Under the pieces are notes generated by a model. It worked only from the letters and a program-made list of their open reading frames with translations. It was not told the origin of the DNA and did not search any database. This document shows positions 23,086 to 32,000 of a stretch of DNA of 32,000 nucleotides, in pieces. Position 1 is the stretch's first letter. Each line of letters begins with the position of its first letter. Source of the stretch: an uncultured Bacteroidota bacterium. Its GTDB lineage: Bacteria; Bacteroidota; Bacteroidia; Bacteroidales; GWA2-32-17. Where the stretch lies: positions 5,031-37,030 of the forward strand of contig CAILUD010000010.1 in NCBI GenBank assembly GCA_903837285.1, read 5' to 3'. The position numbers and the translations under genes are program-made.

Positions 23086-24915
23086 TTACTTTGGTTTGTA
23101 AATGTCGGGAATTTTTTTCAATAATTCAGGATCGTTATTATTAAAGCGGTCTAGAATATCTGTATCCTCAAGCTCTTTTGATAGAGAACGAATTGTCTCT
23201 AACGGAACATTAAAAAGATCAAGCATTATTAATCCATCTAAAGCATCATTAAATTTGGGATCAATGTTAAAACCAATAATTCTTGCATTAAGTTTTATAT
23301 ACTTTTTTAAAAGTACTGGAAGCTTAAAATTTGCTGGTTCAATTTCCTCAATAAGTTTATCGAATTTGTTTATATCATTATGTGTAGTTTCTAAAATAAT
23401 ATCGGTATCCACTTCAGGAAAATTTGCTTTAAATTGTGTGCGTGGTTTTATTAATTTCGCAAGCTCATCATTAAAAAAATTCGATTTAATAAACTCGGTA
23501 ATAAGTGTTTTGGACATTTTGCTAAACTGGTTGCTAATACTTACCGGTCCAATTAAATATCTATAGTCTTTATGTTTTAACAAAAAGTACAATATACCTT
23601 TCCATAAAAGAAATAGTGGCACTGGTTTTTGTTGATATTCTTTACAAATAAAAGATCTTCCTAATTCAAGCGATTCGCTTAATAGTGGAAGCATTTTATC
23701 GTCAATTTTAAATAAGCTATGTAAATAAAAACCTTTTTTTCCATATTGATTAACAATATCCTGACCTTTTCCTACTCTATATGCTCCAACAATTTTATTT
23801 TCAGTATCGTCCCAAATAAATAAATGATAATAATACAAGTCAAACTCATCTATATCAATGCTTTTATTTGTTCCTTCGCCAACTTCTCTAAAAGTAATTT
23901 CACGAAGCCTTCCAAGTTCATTTAAAATATTTGGTATTTCAAAAGAAGGAACGCAAAATACTTTGTAATTATTTACTTTAAATAGAAAATGTTCCTTTGG
24001 GATTTTTGAAACATCTTCCATTAATTTTTCTTTTGGAATTGCTTCAACAATTTTTTCGGGTTCTGCTTGTTGTTTTAATTGATAACGGTAAAACTTTTTA
24101 ACATCGATGGTACTTCCTAAAGCATAAGTTTTAACACGTAAAAACCTTCCAAACTGAGAAATGTTACTGAAATGATCGAGATCGTTTATCGGAATAGGTT
24201 TACCAATTCTGATATTAATTAATCTGTTTTTTCTGTTAAAAAGTTCCTGAGGTAATCTGTTTGATTTTAGTAGCGGGTGTATAACACTCATCACATTAAC
24301 ATTTGACCGGTTTCTTCCTAAAAAATTAATAGGAATAACAGGAACATTTGTTTTTTTTATGAATTTAGAAATTTCATATTGCCATTCGGCATCTGCAATT
24401 TGTTTTGTTTCGGGATTATATATTGAAGTTCTTCCTGCAGGGAATATTCCTAATGGATGACCATTTCGTATATGTGTTAATGCATTTTTAATATCGGAAA
24501 GACTTCTGTTTTTATTATCGGGTAAATCAAATGTGTTGATTGGTAATAAAAAGCTTTCTACCGGTTTTAATCTTTCTAAAAGGTAACTGGCCATAATTTT
24601 ATAATCTGGACGAATTTTCCCAAGTATTTTCATTAATAAAATACCATCAATTCCACCAAACGGATGATTAGAAACCGTAATAAACGGACCAGTTAGAGGT
24701 ATTCTTTTTAAATCCTCTTCACTTATTTCGTATCTTAAATTTAATCTTTTAATAACTGCATCAATAAATTCCTCGGCATTGTCTTCTTTATGTAATTCGT
24801 AAAATCTATTAATTCTTTTTACTTTTGATGCCTGAACAAGTAATTTAGCCAAACCGCCTCTCCCAAAGCTTTTTAATATAGCAAATCGCAGTTCTTTAGG
24901 AGTAATTAAGTTCAT
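23086..24915 (-). CDS. Bifunctional acyltransferase: N-terminal lysophospholipid (PlsC-type, HX4D) acyltransferase plus C-terminal GNAT/OlsB-like N-acyltransferase (OlsF-like aminolipid synthase)
   Basis: The N-terminal domain has SNHPFGGIDG (HX4D) and FPAGRTS. The C-terminal domain has LREITFREVGEGTNKSIDIDEFDLYYYHLFIWD..IVGAYRVG, typical of hemolysin-like/OlsB-type N-acyltransferases. The 609-aa length and domain order match what I recall for OlsF. Confidence 0.6.
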   Translation of the reverse strand: MNLITPKELRFAILKSFGRGGLAKLLVQASKVKRINRFYELHKEDNAEEFIDAVIKRLNLRYEISEEDLKRIPLTGPFITVSNHPFGGIDGILLMKILGKIRPDYKIMASYLLERLKPVESFLLPINTFDLPDNKNRSLSDIKNALTHIRNGHPLGIFPAGRTSIYNPETKQIADAEWQYEISKFIKKTNVPVIPINFLGRNRSNVNVMSVIHPLLKSNRLPQELFNRKNRLINIRIGKPIPINDLDHFSNISQFGRFLRVKTYALGSTIDVKKFYRYQLKQQAEPEKIVEAIPKEKLMEDVSKIPKEHFLFKVNNYKVFCVPSFEIPNILNELGRLREITFREVGEGTNKSIDIDEFDLYYYHLFIWDDTENKIVGAYRVGKGQDIVNQYGKKGFYLHSLFKIDDKMLPLLSESLELGRSFICKEYQQKPVPLFLLWKGILYFLLKHKDYRYLIGPVSISNQFSKMSKTLITEFIKSNFFNDELAKLIKPRTQFKANFPEVDTDIILETTHNDINKFDKLIEEIEPANFKLPVLLKKYIKLNARIIGFNIDPKFNDALDGLIMLDLFNVPLETIRSLSKELEDTDILDRFNNNDPELLKKIPDIYKPK

Positions 24916-24995
24916 TTTGAATATTAATTTTATGCAAATATCACATTTCCATTTAATTTTTAAAAATGAAGTTCTTAAAAATGCTTTCCAAACTA

Positions 24996-25003
24996 TACAT
25001 TTG
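24996..25003 (+). promoter_or_regulatory. Candidate -7 box (TACATTTG)
   Basis: Matches TAnnTTTG. It lies 30 nt upstream of the GTG start at 25033. Confidence 0.45.
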
Positions 25004-25032
25004 TAGTATTATTTTAGTTAAAAATTCTTTAC

Positions 25033-25827
25033 GTGAAAAAAATATCGCAAAAAATCATTTCAGAATTAATAGAAAAAGCTGATTTCTATAATTGTCCCGA
25101 CTTTATTAAAAGCGATCCTATACAGATACCGCACAGTTTTTCAAAAAAAGAAGATATTGAAATTTCAGCTTTTTTATCGGCAACTATTGCATGGGGTAAC
25201 AGAACTTCAATTATTAATAATGCAAAAAGGTTAATGTTACTAATGGACAATTCGCCATACGATTTTGTTAAAAATGCCAAAGGGAAAGAGCTATTGCCAT
25301 TAACGAAATTTGTACATCGTACATATAATGGTGACGATTGTTTGGGGTTTATGTATTCGTTACAAAACATTTATAAGGATCATGGAGGCTTAGAAGGAGT
25401 TTTTACAAAAGGATTTAAAAAATCTTATTCTGTTGAAAGTTCGCTTTTATATTTTCATGAAATTTTCATGAGATATATTGAGTTACATAGAACAGGTAAA
25501 CATGTTTCTAATATTTCTAAAGGATCGGCGGCGAAAAGATTAAATATGTATCTTAGATGGCTTGTAAGGTCAGATAATAAAGGTGTTGACTTTGGTTTAT
25601 GGAAAGAAATCCCAGCATCAGCTTTAATGATTCCACTCGATGTTCATGTGGGAAATGTTGCCAGAGAAATGGGATTACTAGAAAGAAAGCAAAATGACTG
25701 GAAGGCTGTTGTTGAATTAACAGAAGTTTTAAAATCAATTAACTCTAATGATCCAATAATTTTTGATTTTGCACTTTTTGGAACAGGGGTAAATAAAAAA
25801 AATAAAAATTTAGGTACTCTTATCTAA
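25033..25827 (+). CDS. Conserved hypothetical protein, TIGR02757/DUF2400-like
   Basis: 264 aa with a GTG start. The N-terminal pattern ..DPIQIPH.F..KEDIEI.AF..A.IAWGNR..I matches my recollection of this family. No function is known. Confidence 0.45.
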   Translation: MKKISQKIISELIEKADFYNCPDFIKSDPIQIPHSFSKKEDIEISAFLSATIAWGNRTSIINNAKRLMLLMDNSPYDFVKNAKGKELLPLTKFVHRTYNGDDCLGFMYSLQNIYKDHGGLEGVFTKGFKKSYSVESSLLYFHEIFMRYIELHRTGKHVSNISKGSAAKRLNMYLRWLVRSDNKGVDFGLWKEIPASALMIPLDVHVGNVAREMGLLERKQNDWKAVVELTEVLKSINSNDPIIFDFALFGTGVNKKNKNLGTLI

Positions 25828-25881
25828 ATCGATTAAGAAAAAGAGATTCGAATTAAACTCTTTTACTTATTTGCAAATTAT

Positions 25882-25889
25882 TAGATTTG
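25882..25889 (+). promoter_or_regulatory. Candidate -7 box (TAGATTTG) for the SprB-repeat gene
   Basis: Matches TAnnTTTG. It lies 76 nt upstream of the ATG at 25965. Confidence 0.35.
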
Positions 25890-25964
25890 TTATTAATTTT
25901 TTGTTTGTATTTAGGCAACCATTTGCTTAATTTTGAAGTCATAAAGAAAATAAAAAACCATTAT

Positions 25965-28598
25965 ATGAAAAGATTTTTACTTTTTATAAGTATAAGCATG
26001 TTCTATACAATTACTGTAAAAGGACAATGTACTGTAACCATTGAACAAAGTGGTCCAACGTGTTATATGATGTGTACCGGCTGGGCAAATGCCATTCCAA
26101 ACAATGGAATTCCACCATATAGCTATCACTGGTCTAATCAGGTTAATATGCAATCATTAAACGAATTATGTTCAGGAATCTATAGTGTAACAGTTACCGA
26201 TGCTATTGGCTGTACTGCAACTAATTCTATCACAATAGTTGATGCACCAATGCTTTATTTAGTGACAGATTCGGTACACAATGCTTCTTGCTTCGGATTG
26301 GCTGATGGTGAAGCATGGGTTCATGCAGAAGGAGGAGTACCACCTTATACTTATGACTGGAACAATGGTCATGATTCTACATATATTTCTGGTTTAATGG
26401 CAGTTGAACACTATCCTGTAGTAACAGATTCTATAGGTTGTGTTTATAGTGGGTTTGTGAACGTAACAAGCCCACCGGCAATAATATTTAATGAAATGTT
26501 AGCTCCTCCATATTGTTTTAATAATTCTGGTTTTATTCAACCTTATGTCAGTGGTGGCACTCCTTTTTCCTTATTCCCATATCAATATCAATGGAGTACT
26601 TTTACGAATTCGAATTTTGCTAATACCGAAAACATTTATAGTCTGGGACCAGATTTATATACGCTAACTGTTACTGATTCTTTGGGATGTACTAATGTTG
26701 AGGTATTTAAATTGAATACTTCTGATGGCCCTAATCCAACAGTTTCGTGGTTAAATGTAACTTGTAATGGTTTAAATAATGGTATAGTAACAAATGTTAA
26801 TCATACGGTACCTACTAATGCGTATTTCTGGTCAACAGGTTCAACAACTTTACTTCCATATCCTCAGAATCTTGCTCCTGGAAATTACTGGTATAAAGAA
26901 ACAACTCCTGCAGGATGTGACGGCTATGATTATTTTACAGTTACCGAACCAACTATAATTACAAATGTGCCTTTTCAGTTGAATCTTAATTGCTTTGGAG
27001 ATACTACTGGTTATATCTCTCTTGATGTTCAAGGTGGTAGTCCTAGCCAGATTTACCCGTATTATGATTTTTTATGGAATACCGCAGATACTAATAATTT
27101 TGTAGATCAAGTACCTTCTGGAACTTATTCTGTAACCGTTACCGATATCATGGGTTGTACTTATACTGATAGTTATAATATTACATCTCCATCTATCTTT
27201 TTGGTCGATAGTATACTTCTTACAAACATAACTTGTAATGGCTTTAATGATGGTGCTGTTGGTATTTTTGCAAATGGGGGTGTACCTCCTTATTATTTTT
27301 CTATAGATAGTATTTACTGGAATAATTATGATACTATAACCTCACTTCTTCCCAATGTTACTTATCACGTTGTTGCCAAGGACAAAAATTATTGTTATGC
27401 ATACTCATCTTATTTTTCCTTTATTGAACCACCTTTGATTGATATTATTAATACCCAAATTGATCCAACTTGTATTGGGAATAATGGAAGCATTAATATT
27501 ACTCCAACAGGAGGTGTTATTCCTTTTTCAATTACCTGGGATACTCCAGGTATGACAACCTTTACAGAAACAGGGCTTTCGCAAGGATTATATGATGCAA
27601 CAGTAACAGATGCTAATGGATGTGTAAATCAACTGTTCTTTGTTATGAACCAAACATCATCTCCTGCAGTACTCAGTGGATCTAATTCTTATTCGGGTGG
27701 CGCATTACCTCCAAATGAAGCTAAAATATATTTATTTGCGCCTTCAACCTCAGGTGCTGTAACAATGGATACAATTGCAGAAACTACTAACTCTGCTTCT
27801 CTCTGGCAGTTTAATGGATTATTACCTGGCACCTATTATGTGAAAGCAAATTTATTAAATCCATTATCATTCCCTAATGTATTAAATAGTTTTTACGACA
27901 ATAGTTTTGAATGGCAAAATGCCACACCAATAACATTGGCTTGTGACGATACTATTAACATAACATTAAACATGGTAAGTATTGCTCCACAAACAACAGG
28001 AAATGGATCATTAAGTGGAACTGTATTCATGATAGGAGGAGCCAAGGCTGCAGGAGAACCTGTTCCTGGCGCAGAAATTTTAATAGAACAAGAGCCGAAT
28101 GATGTGCCTGTTCAATGTGTATTTACAGATACAACCGGACTTTATACTTTTACTAATCTCATTCCGGATACAGGTTATCATTTAATAGTTCAAATTCCTG
28201 GATTTCCTATTTTTAGTACTTATAGCAATATAACTGTAATAGCAAATGATACTTTGCCTAATTTTAATTTTTTGGTAGATACTCTCGTCGGAATATATAA
28301 AGATTCTGCTAGCTATATTTCACAAACCTCGATTAATGGGGTTAATTTTGAAGTTTATCCTAATCCGTTTACGACAAATATTAATGTAAAATTAAATTTA
28401 TCAAAACCTTCAAATGTTAGTATAGAATTATTTAATGAATTAGGGCAATTGATAACAAAAACTAATAAAACCTATATGTTAGAAGGCGAACATGCTTTTA
28501 ACATTATGCCTAATAAAAGCGTAAGTGCAAATTGTTTTTTATTGATAAGAGCTAATGAAACAGTAATAGTAAAGAAACTAATTTCAATTAAAAAATAA
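25965..28598 (+). CDS. T9SS-secreted SprB-repeat protein with a carboxypeptidase-regulatory-like domain
   Basis: Signal peptide MKRFLLFISISMFYTITVKG. I prefer the ATG at 25965 over the upstream TTG at 25887. Multiple SprB-type repeats are present (C.G..DG......GG.PPY.Y.W; VTVTD..GC). A CarboxypepD_reg-like segment (GSLSGTV..PVPGAEILIEQ..TDTTGLYTFTNL) and a C-terminal T9SS sorting domain (FEVYPNPFTTNINVKL..) follow. Confidence 0.8.
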   Translation: MKRFLLFISISMFYTITVKGQCTVTIEQSGPTCYMMCTGWANAIPNNGIPPYSYHWSNQVNMQSLNELCSGIYSVTVTDAIGCTATNSITIVDAPMLYLVTDSVHNASCFGLADGEAWVHAEGGVPPYTYDWNNGHDSTYISGLMAVEHYPVVTDSIGCVYSGFVNVTSPPAIIFNEMLAPPYCFNNSGFIQPYVSGGTPFSLFPYQYQWSTFTNSNFANTENIYSLGPDLYTLTVTDSLGCTNVEVFKLNTSDGPNPTVSWLNVTCNGLNNGIVTNVNHTVPTNAYFWSTGSTTLLPYPQNLAPGNYWYKETTPAGCDGYDYFTVTEPTIITNVPFQLNLNCFGDTTGYISLDVQGGSPSQIYPYYDFLWNTADTNNFVDQVPSGTYSVTVTDIMGCTYTDSYNITSPSIFLVDSILLTNITCNGFNDGAVGIFANGGVPPYYFSIDSIYWNNYDTITSLLPNVTYHVVAKDKNYCYAYSSYFSFIEPPLIDIINTQIDPTCIGNNGSINITPTGGVIPFSITWDTPGMTTFTETGLSQGLYDATVTDANGCVNQLFFVMNQTSSPAVLSGSNSYSGGALPPNEAKIYLFAPSTSGAVTMDTIAETTNSASLWQFNGLLPGTYYVKANLLNPLSFPNVLNSFYDNSFEWQNATPITLACDDTINITLNMVSIAPQTTGNGSLSGTVFMIGGAKAAGEPVPGAEILIEQEPNDVPVQCVFTDTTGLYTFTNLIPDTGYHLIVQIPGFPIFSTYSNITVIANDTLPNFNFLVDTLVGIYKDSASYISQTSINGVNFEVYPNPFTTNINVKLNLSKPSNVSIELFNELGQLITKTNKTYMLEGEHAFNIMPNKSVSANCFLLIRANETVIVKKLISIKK

Positions 28599-28621
28599 AA
28601 ATTCAGGATAATTCCTAATGG

Positions 28622-28651
28622 TGGTCGGAAGAAATTTCGACCATTTTTTTT
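28622..28651 (+). terminator. Rho-independent terminator of the SprB-repeat gene
   Basis: Stem tggtcg / cgacca with a 10-nt loop, followed by an 8-T run. It starts 24 nt after the stop codon. Confidence 0.65.
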
Positions 28652-28692
28652 AAAATATGGAAAAAAAATCGCCAAAAATTAAAACCAACTAT

Positions 28693-28781
28693 GATCCGTC
28701 GTGGCGGATAAAATAGTATAACCTATTGTCTCTCTTTTTTGAATAGGTTAGGGAGGTTAATAAAAAATCGGGCTGTTTTAT
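28693..28781 (+). repeat. Nested-hairpin repeat variant A copy 3 (divergent), with a left GC arm
   Basis: gatccgtcgtggcgg-ataaaatagtat-aacctatt-gtctctcttttttg-aataggtt-agggaggttaataaaaaatcgggctgttttat. The inner stem has switched to aacctatt/aataggtt. Confidence 0.6.
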
Positions 28782-28840
28782 AACCTGCATCGACTGAGGA
28801 CAAATAATCTTATTAAAATTAAGTGACATCTGAATATAAC

Positions 28841-28870
28841 AAAAAAGGCTGCCTCATTTGAGACAGCCTT
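28841..28870 (-). terminator. Rho-independent terminator of the small ferredoxin gene
   Basis: On the minus strand, a ggctgtctca/tgaggcagcc stem (one mismatch) is followed by TTTTTT. It lies about 19 nt after the stop codon at 28889. Confidence 0.6.
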
Positions 28871-28888
28871 CTCTTTTTACTTAAAATA

Positions 28889-29056
28889 TTAAGCTGGATG
28901 AATTGCCTCAACTGGACAAACATCTGCACAAGCACCACAATCGGTACAAGTTTCAGCGTCAATTTTGTAAATGTCGCCTTCAGAAATAGAACCAACTGGA
29001 CATTCGTCAATGCAAGTTCCACAAGCGGTACAATCAGAATTAATAATGTATGCCAT
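28889..29056 (-). CDS. fdx: Clostridial-type 2x[4Fe-4S] ferredoxin (55 aa)
   Basis: Absent from the ORF track because it is too short. My translation is MAYIINSDCTACGTCIDECPVGSISEGDIYKIDAETCTDCGACADVCPVEAIHPA*. It has two canonical CxxCxxCxxxCP motifs. It is bracketed by its own -7 box and terminator. The ORF-track entries 28819..29022 and 28898..29107 are wrong-frame shadows of it. Confidence 0.85.
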   Translation of the reverse strand: MAYIINSDCTACGTCIDECPVGSISEGDIYKIDAETCTDCGACADVCPVEAIHPA

Positions 29057-29084
29057 TACTTTAATTTTTTAAAGGTTTATTGTG

Positions 29085-29092
29085 CAAAGATA
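29085..29092 (-). promoter_or_regulatory. Candidate -7 box (TATCTTTG on the minus strand) for the ferredoxin gene
   Basis: Matches TAnnTTTG. It lies 28 nt upstream of the ATG at 29056. Confidence 0.5.
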
Positions 29093-29315
29093 TTTGTCAA
29101 TTTTTAATATAAAAACTATTCACAGTAATATTTATATCATCAAAAAAGATAATTTAGTTATATTATTGTTTTTGAGACAAATAGATTTTTAGTAAATTTT
29201 AAAAATAAATATCAAAACTTTACATTTAATCACATAAATTAGTGTCCGAGTAATACTAAATCAGATTTTTATCAAATTTTAATAAAATTATTTAGAATTA
29301 TTCTATATTACGTAT

Positions 29316-29323
29316 TATATTTG
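29316..29323 (+). promoter_or_regulatory. Candidate -7 box (TATATTTG) for the TonB-dependent receptor gene
   Basis: Matches TAnnTTTG. It lies 14 nt upstream of the GTG start at 29338. Confidence 0.4.
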
Positions 29324-29337
29324 CAGAAAAAAATATT

Positions 29338-31728
29338 GTGAAAATTATATATATCGTTTTATTAAGTCTCTTTTGCACTACATTATTGGCACAGCAAGGT
29401 AAAATCGTAGGTAAGGTAACTAATTCTAAAAATAATGAAGAAGTGCCATTTGCAAATATTACAATTGAAGGAACAAAAATTGGCACATCAACAGATATAG
29501 ATGGTAAATTTGAAATTGCAGGGGTAGCGCCAGGCTTTATTCATTTAATTGTGACAGTAATAGGGTTTGAAAGCATAACAACAGGTGATATTCAGGTAAT
29601 AAATGGAAAAACAGTTACCGTTGACATTCCGCTATCTGAGCGTAAATATGAACTAAATGAGGTTAATGTTACCGCGCAAAAATTTATAAAAAAAGAAGAT
29701 AGTCCTGTTTCACTAAGAAGCATAAGCATTTCAGAAATTGAAAACAGTGCAGGTGTTAACCGTGATATTTCTAAAATAGTGCAATCTTTTCCAGGCGTAG
29801 CAGCTATTCCATCAGCAGGAAGAAATGATATTATTGTTAGAGGTGGTGCATCTAATGAAAGCAGATTTTATCTTGACGATGTTGAATTTCCTAACATTAA
29901 TCACTTTGCTACTCAAGGCGCATCTGGTGGAACAAACGGAATATTAAATGCAGATTTTATTCGTGAAATAAATTTTTATTCCGGGGCATTTCCATCAAAT
30001 AGAGGAAATGCATTAAGTGGAGTATTTGACTTTAAACAAATTGATGGAAACTCTGAAAAACTAAAATTTAGAGGAACATTAGGTGCATCAGAGGTTTCAT
30101 TAACTACAGACGGCCCATTATCACAAAAATCAACTTTTATTTTCTCTTTAAGACGATCATATTTAAGCTTTATATTTAAAGCACTTGGTCTACCATTTCT
30201 ACCAACTTACAATGATTATCAATGGAAAAGCAGATATAAAATTAATGATAAAAACGAAATAACCATTGTTAGTGTTGGTGCACTTGATCAATTCAGACTC
30301 GACACAAAAATTAAAAATCCTTCAGAATATCAAACATATATATTAAATTATCTTCCAATATATGAACAATGGAGTTACACCATTGGAGGAGTATATAAGC
30401 ACTACAGAGAAAAAGGTTACTCGTTAATTGTATTAAGCAGAAACATGCTTAACAACCGTCAGTATAAATATCTGAATAACGATAAATCTATTGAAAGTAA
30501 TAAAATGATAGATTACGTCAGTCAGGAAATAGAAAATAAATTCAGAATCGAAAACAATTATCAATCTTCCAATGGAATTAAATTAAATTATGGGGTTAAT
30601 TTAGATTATGCAAAATACAGTAATAATACATTTCAAAAAGTATTTATTAATAATGCTATTGATACCATTAATTATAATGCAGCACTTGATCTAATTAAAT
30701 ATGGAATTTTTACACAGATAAGTAAAAAATATTTCTCAGATTTACTAACTCTTTCAATTGGAATAAGAGCTGATGGTGCTAACTATGACAATAGTATGGG
30801 AAATCCATTAAATCAATTCTCGCCAAGGTTTTCTGCAGCATATAGAATTTCAGAAAAGATTAGTATTAATACAAATTTGGGCAGATATTTTCAACTTCCT
30901 GCATTAACCACTTTAGGATATAAAAACAATAATGGAGTTTATATAAATAAAGAAAATAACATTAAATACATTTCATGCGATCATATAATTGGTGGTTTAG
31001 AATATCAGCCAACAAATAATACAAGATTCACTCTTGAAGGTTTTATGAAATTATACTCCAACTATCCATTCTCATTAAAAGACTCTATTAGTCTTGCATA
31101 CCGCCCTGCAGATTTTGGTGTTGTTGGAAATGAATCAGTTTCATCAACAAATAAAGGTATAGCCTACGGCGCTGAATTTTTAATGCAATCAGAATTTAAA
31201 GGTAATGTGAACGTTGTTTTATCATACACTTATTCTAAATCAGAGTTCGAAGATAAGACTGGAAATTATACTCCATCATCATGGGATAACCAACATATTT
31301 TTATAATTTCTGCAAATAAGAAATTTAAAAAGAGCTGGAGTGCTGCTTTAAAATGGCGATTTGCAGGAGGTTTGCCTTATACTCCATATGATTTACAAAA
31401 ATCATCTTCAATTGCAGCATGGGATATAACAAATGTACCATATACCGATTACAACAATGTAAACTCAAAAAGATTTAAACCATTTCACCAATTAGATATA
31501 AGAGTTGACAAAACCATTTACTTTAAAAAAAGCAGTTTAAAATTTTATATGGATATTCAGAATGCATATAACTTTAAATCTGAAGAACAAGGTAGAGTTA
31601 CAAATTTAGATTTAAACGGAAATAAAGCTATAGACCCTAGCGACCCTACTAAATATTTATTAAGAACAGTACCATCAGAAGGTTCGGGAACAATATTGCC
31701 TTCTATAGGAATTATATTCGATTTTTAA
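29338..31728 (+). CDS. TonB-dependent outer-membrane receptor with an N-terminal carboxypeptidase-regulatory-like domain
   Basis: Signal peptide, then a CarboxypepD_reg-like domain (GKIVGKVTNS..PFANITIEGTKIGTSTDIDGKFEI). A plug-like region follows (SISISEIENSAG..IVRGGASNESRFYLDDVEF). A long beta-barrel region ends in an aromatic residue (..GIIFDF). Confidence 0.75.
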   Translation: MKIIYIVLLSLFCTTLLAQQGKIVGKVTNSKNNEEVPFANITIEGTKIGTSTDIDGKFEIAGVAPGFIHLIVTVIGFESITTGDIQVINGKTVTVDIPLSERKYELNEVNVTAQKFIKKEDSPVSLRSISISEIENSAGVNRDISKIVQSFPGVAAIPSAGRNDIIVRGGASNESRFYLDDVEFPNINHFATQGASGGTNGILNADFIREINFYSGAFPSNRGNALSGVFDFKQIDGNSEKLKFRGTLGASEVSLTTDGPLSQKSTFIFSLRRSYLSFIFKALGLPFLPTYNDYQWKSRYKINDKNEITIVSVGALDQFRLDTKIKNPSEYQTYILNYLPIYEQWSYTIGGVYKHYREKGYSLIVLSRNMLNNRQYKYLNNDKSIESNKMIDYVSQEIENKFRIENNYQSSNGIKLNYGVNLDYAKYSNNTFQKVFINNAIDTINYNAALDLIKYGIFTQISKKYFSDLLTLSIGIRADGANYDNSMGNPLNQFSPRFSAAYRISEKISINTNLGRYFQLPALTTLGYKNNNGVYINKENNIKYISCDHIIGGLEYQPTNNTRFTLEGFMKLYSNYPFSLKDSISLAYRPADFGVVGNESVSSTNKGIAYGAEFLMQSEFKGNVNVVLSYTYSKSEFEDKTGNYTPSSWDNQHIFIISANKKFKKSWSAALKWRFAGGLPYTPYDLQKSSSIAAWDITNVPYTDYNNVNSKRFKPFHQLDIRVDKTIYFKKSSLKFYMDIQNAYNFKSEEQGRVTNLDLNGNKAIDPSDPTKYLLRTVPSEGSGTILPSIGIIFDF

Positions 31729-31741
31729 TTAAAACAAACAT

Positions 31742-31848
31742 GATTCGCCGTGGCGGATAAAATAGCCCAACCAATTGTCCCTCTTTTTTGAAGAGGGTAG
31801 GGAGATGAATAAATAAATGGGACTATTTTAAAATCTGCCACGGTGGAC
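31742..31848 (+). repeat. Nested-hairpin repeat variant A copy 4, flanked on both sides by inverted GC-rich arms
   Basis: gattcgccgtggcgg-ataaaatagccc..ccctctt-ttttg-aagaggg-tagggagatgaataaataaatgggactatttta-aa-atctgccacggtggac. The outer GC arms are about 9/11 complementary. Confidence 0.65.
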
Positions 31849-31914
31849 AAATAGTATTAGAAATAACACTTGCTTTTTTTCAAAATTTCTTGTAGGTTTG
31901 ATTATTCTTTAGCT

Positions 31915-32000
31915 ATGAATAAGAAAAAACCAAACAAAGAAAAAAGTTCAATATTTTCAAAAATATCTGCATCGTATTGGCTCTTTATTATTTCGTTTTT
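31915..32000 (+). CDS. Start of a hypothetical (probably membrane) protein, truncated by the window end
   Basis: The ATG at 31915 gives MNKKKPNKEKSSIFSKISASYWLFIISFF.., open to the window edge. Only 28 codons are visible. Confidence 0.3.
   Translation, partial: MNKKKPNKEKSSIFSKISASYWLFIISF

Noticed and set aside
23102-23566. 154-aa ORF on the plus strand inside the OlsF-like gene
   Set aside because: Antisense shadow with a Ser/Ile/Leu-rich low-complexity translation.
25887-25964. N-terminal extensions proposed by the ORF track (TTG at 25887, TTG at 16047, ATG at 6209, ATG at 14443)
   Set aside because: In each case a downstream ATG gives a clean signal peptide or domain start. The extension would overlap a TAnnTTTG box, the arsR operator, or AT-rich leader sequence.
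28819-29107. ORF-track entries 28819..29022(-) and 28898..29107(+)
   Set aside because: I replaced them with the 55-aa ferredoxin in a different minus-strand frame (28889..29056). That frame has canonical Fe-S motifs, a promoter box and a terminator.
29057-29337. Possible cobalamin or other riboswitch upstream of the TonB-dependent receptor
   Set aside because: The region is extremely AT-rich with no GC-paired stems or B12-box-like sequence. Only a -7 promoter box close to the start is evident.

Overview
AT-rich window (roughly 30% GC by eye) that looks like chromosomal Bacteroidota DNA. Support for that: three proteins with T9SS C-terminal sorting domains, SprB-type repeats, a CarboxypepD_reg-type TonB-dependent receptor, and TAnnTTTG -7 promoter boxes upstream of many genes. 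I support 21 coding regions. Two are absent from the ORF track: a 3'-truncated pruA at the left edge and a 55-aa ferredoxin at 28889..29056. Housekeeping genes are pruA, lepA and ychF. Envelope and transport genes are a CDF transporter, a CPBP protease, an M23 peptidase, a LysE exporter, a TonB-dependent receptor and an OlsF-like bifunctional lipid acyltransferase. Secreted cargo includes a 1861-aa adhesin-like protein with CUB-like modules and an SprB-repeat protein. The most notable locus is a tightly packed five-gene minus-strand operon (14410 to 11714). It encodes an ArsR-family regulator, a 105-aa Cys-rich single-TM protein, a CcdA/DsbD-like 6-TM protein with vicinal Cys pairs in its helices, HgcA (exact NVWCAAGK cap-helix motif) and HgcB (CMECGA motif, C-terminal CC). 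This is a mercury-methylation gene pair with two thiol-rich membrane proteins inserted between regulator and hgcA. A perfect 11-bp inverted repeat sits over its -7 promoter box. The second theme is several families of structured intergenic repeats. These include nested-hairpin modules with compensatory stem changes, GC-rich CCGCCGCGGCGG palindromes, a 67-nt element bounded by two GTAG hairpins, a 173-bp MITE-like element with perfect 18-nt terminal inverted repeats, and a CACAG/CTGTG cluster. They lie mostly at gene 3' ends. I saw no rRNA, tRNA, CRISPR array, transposase or integrase. All homology calls come from motif recognition by eye, not database searches.
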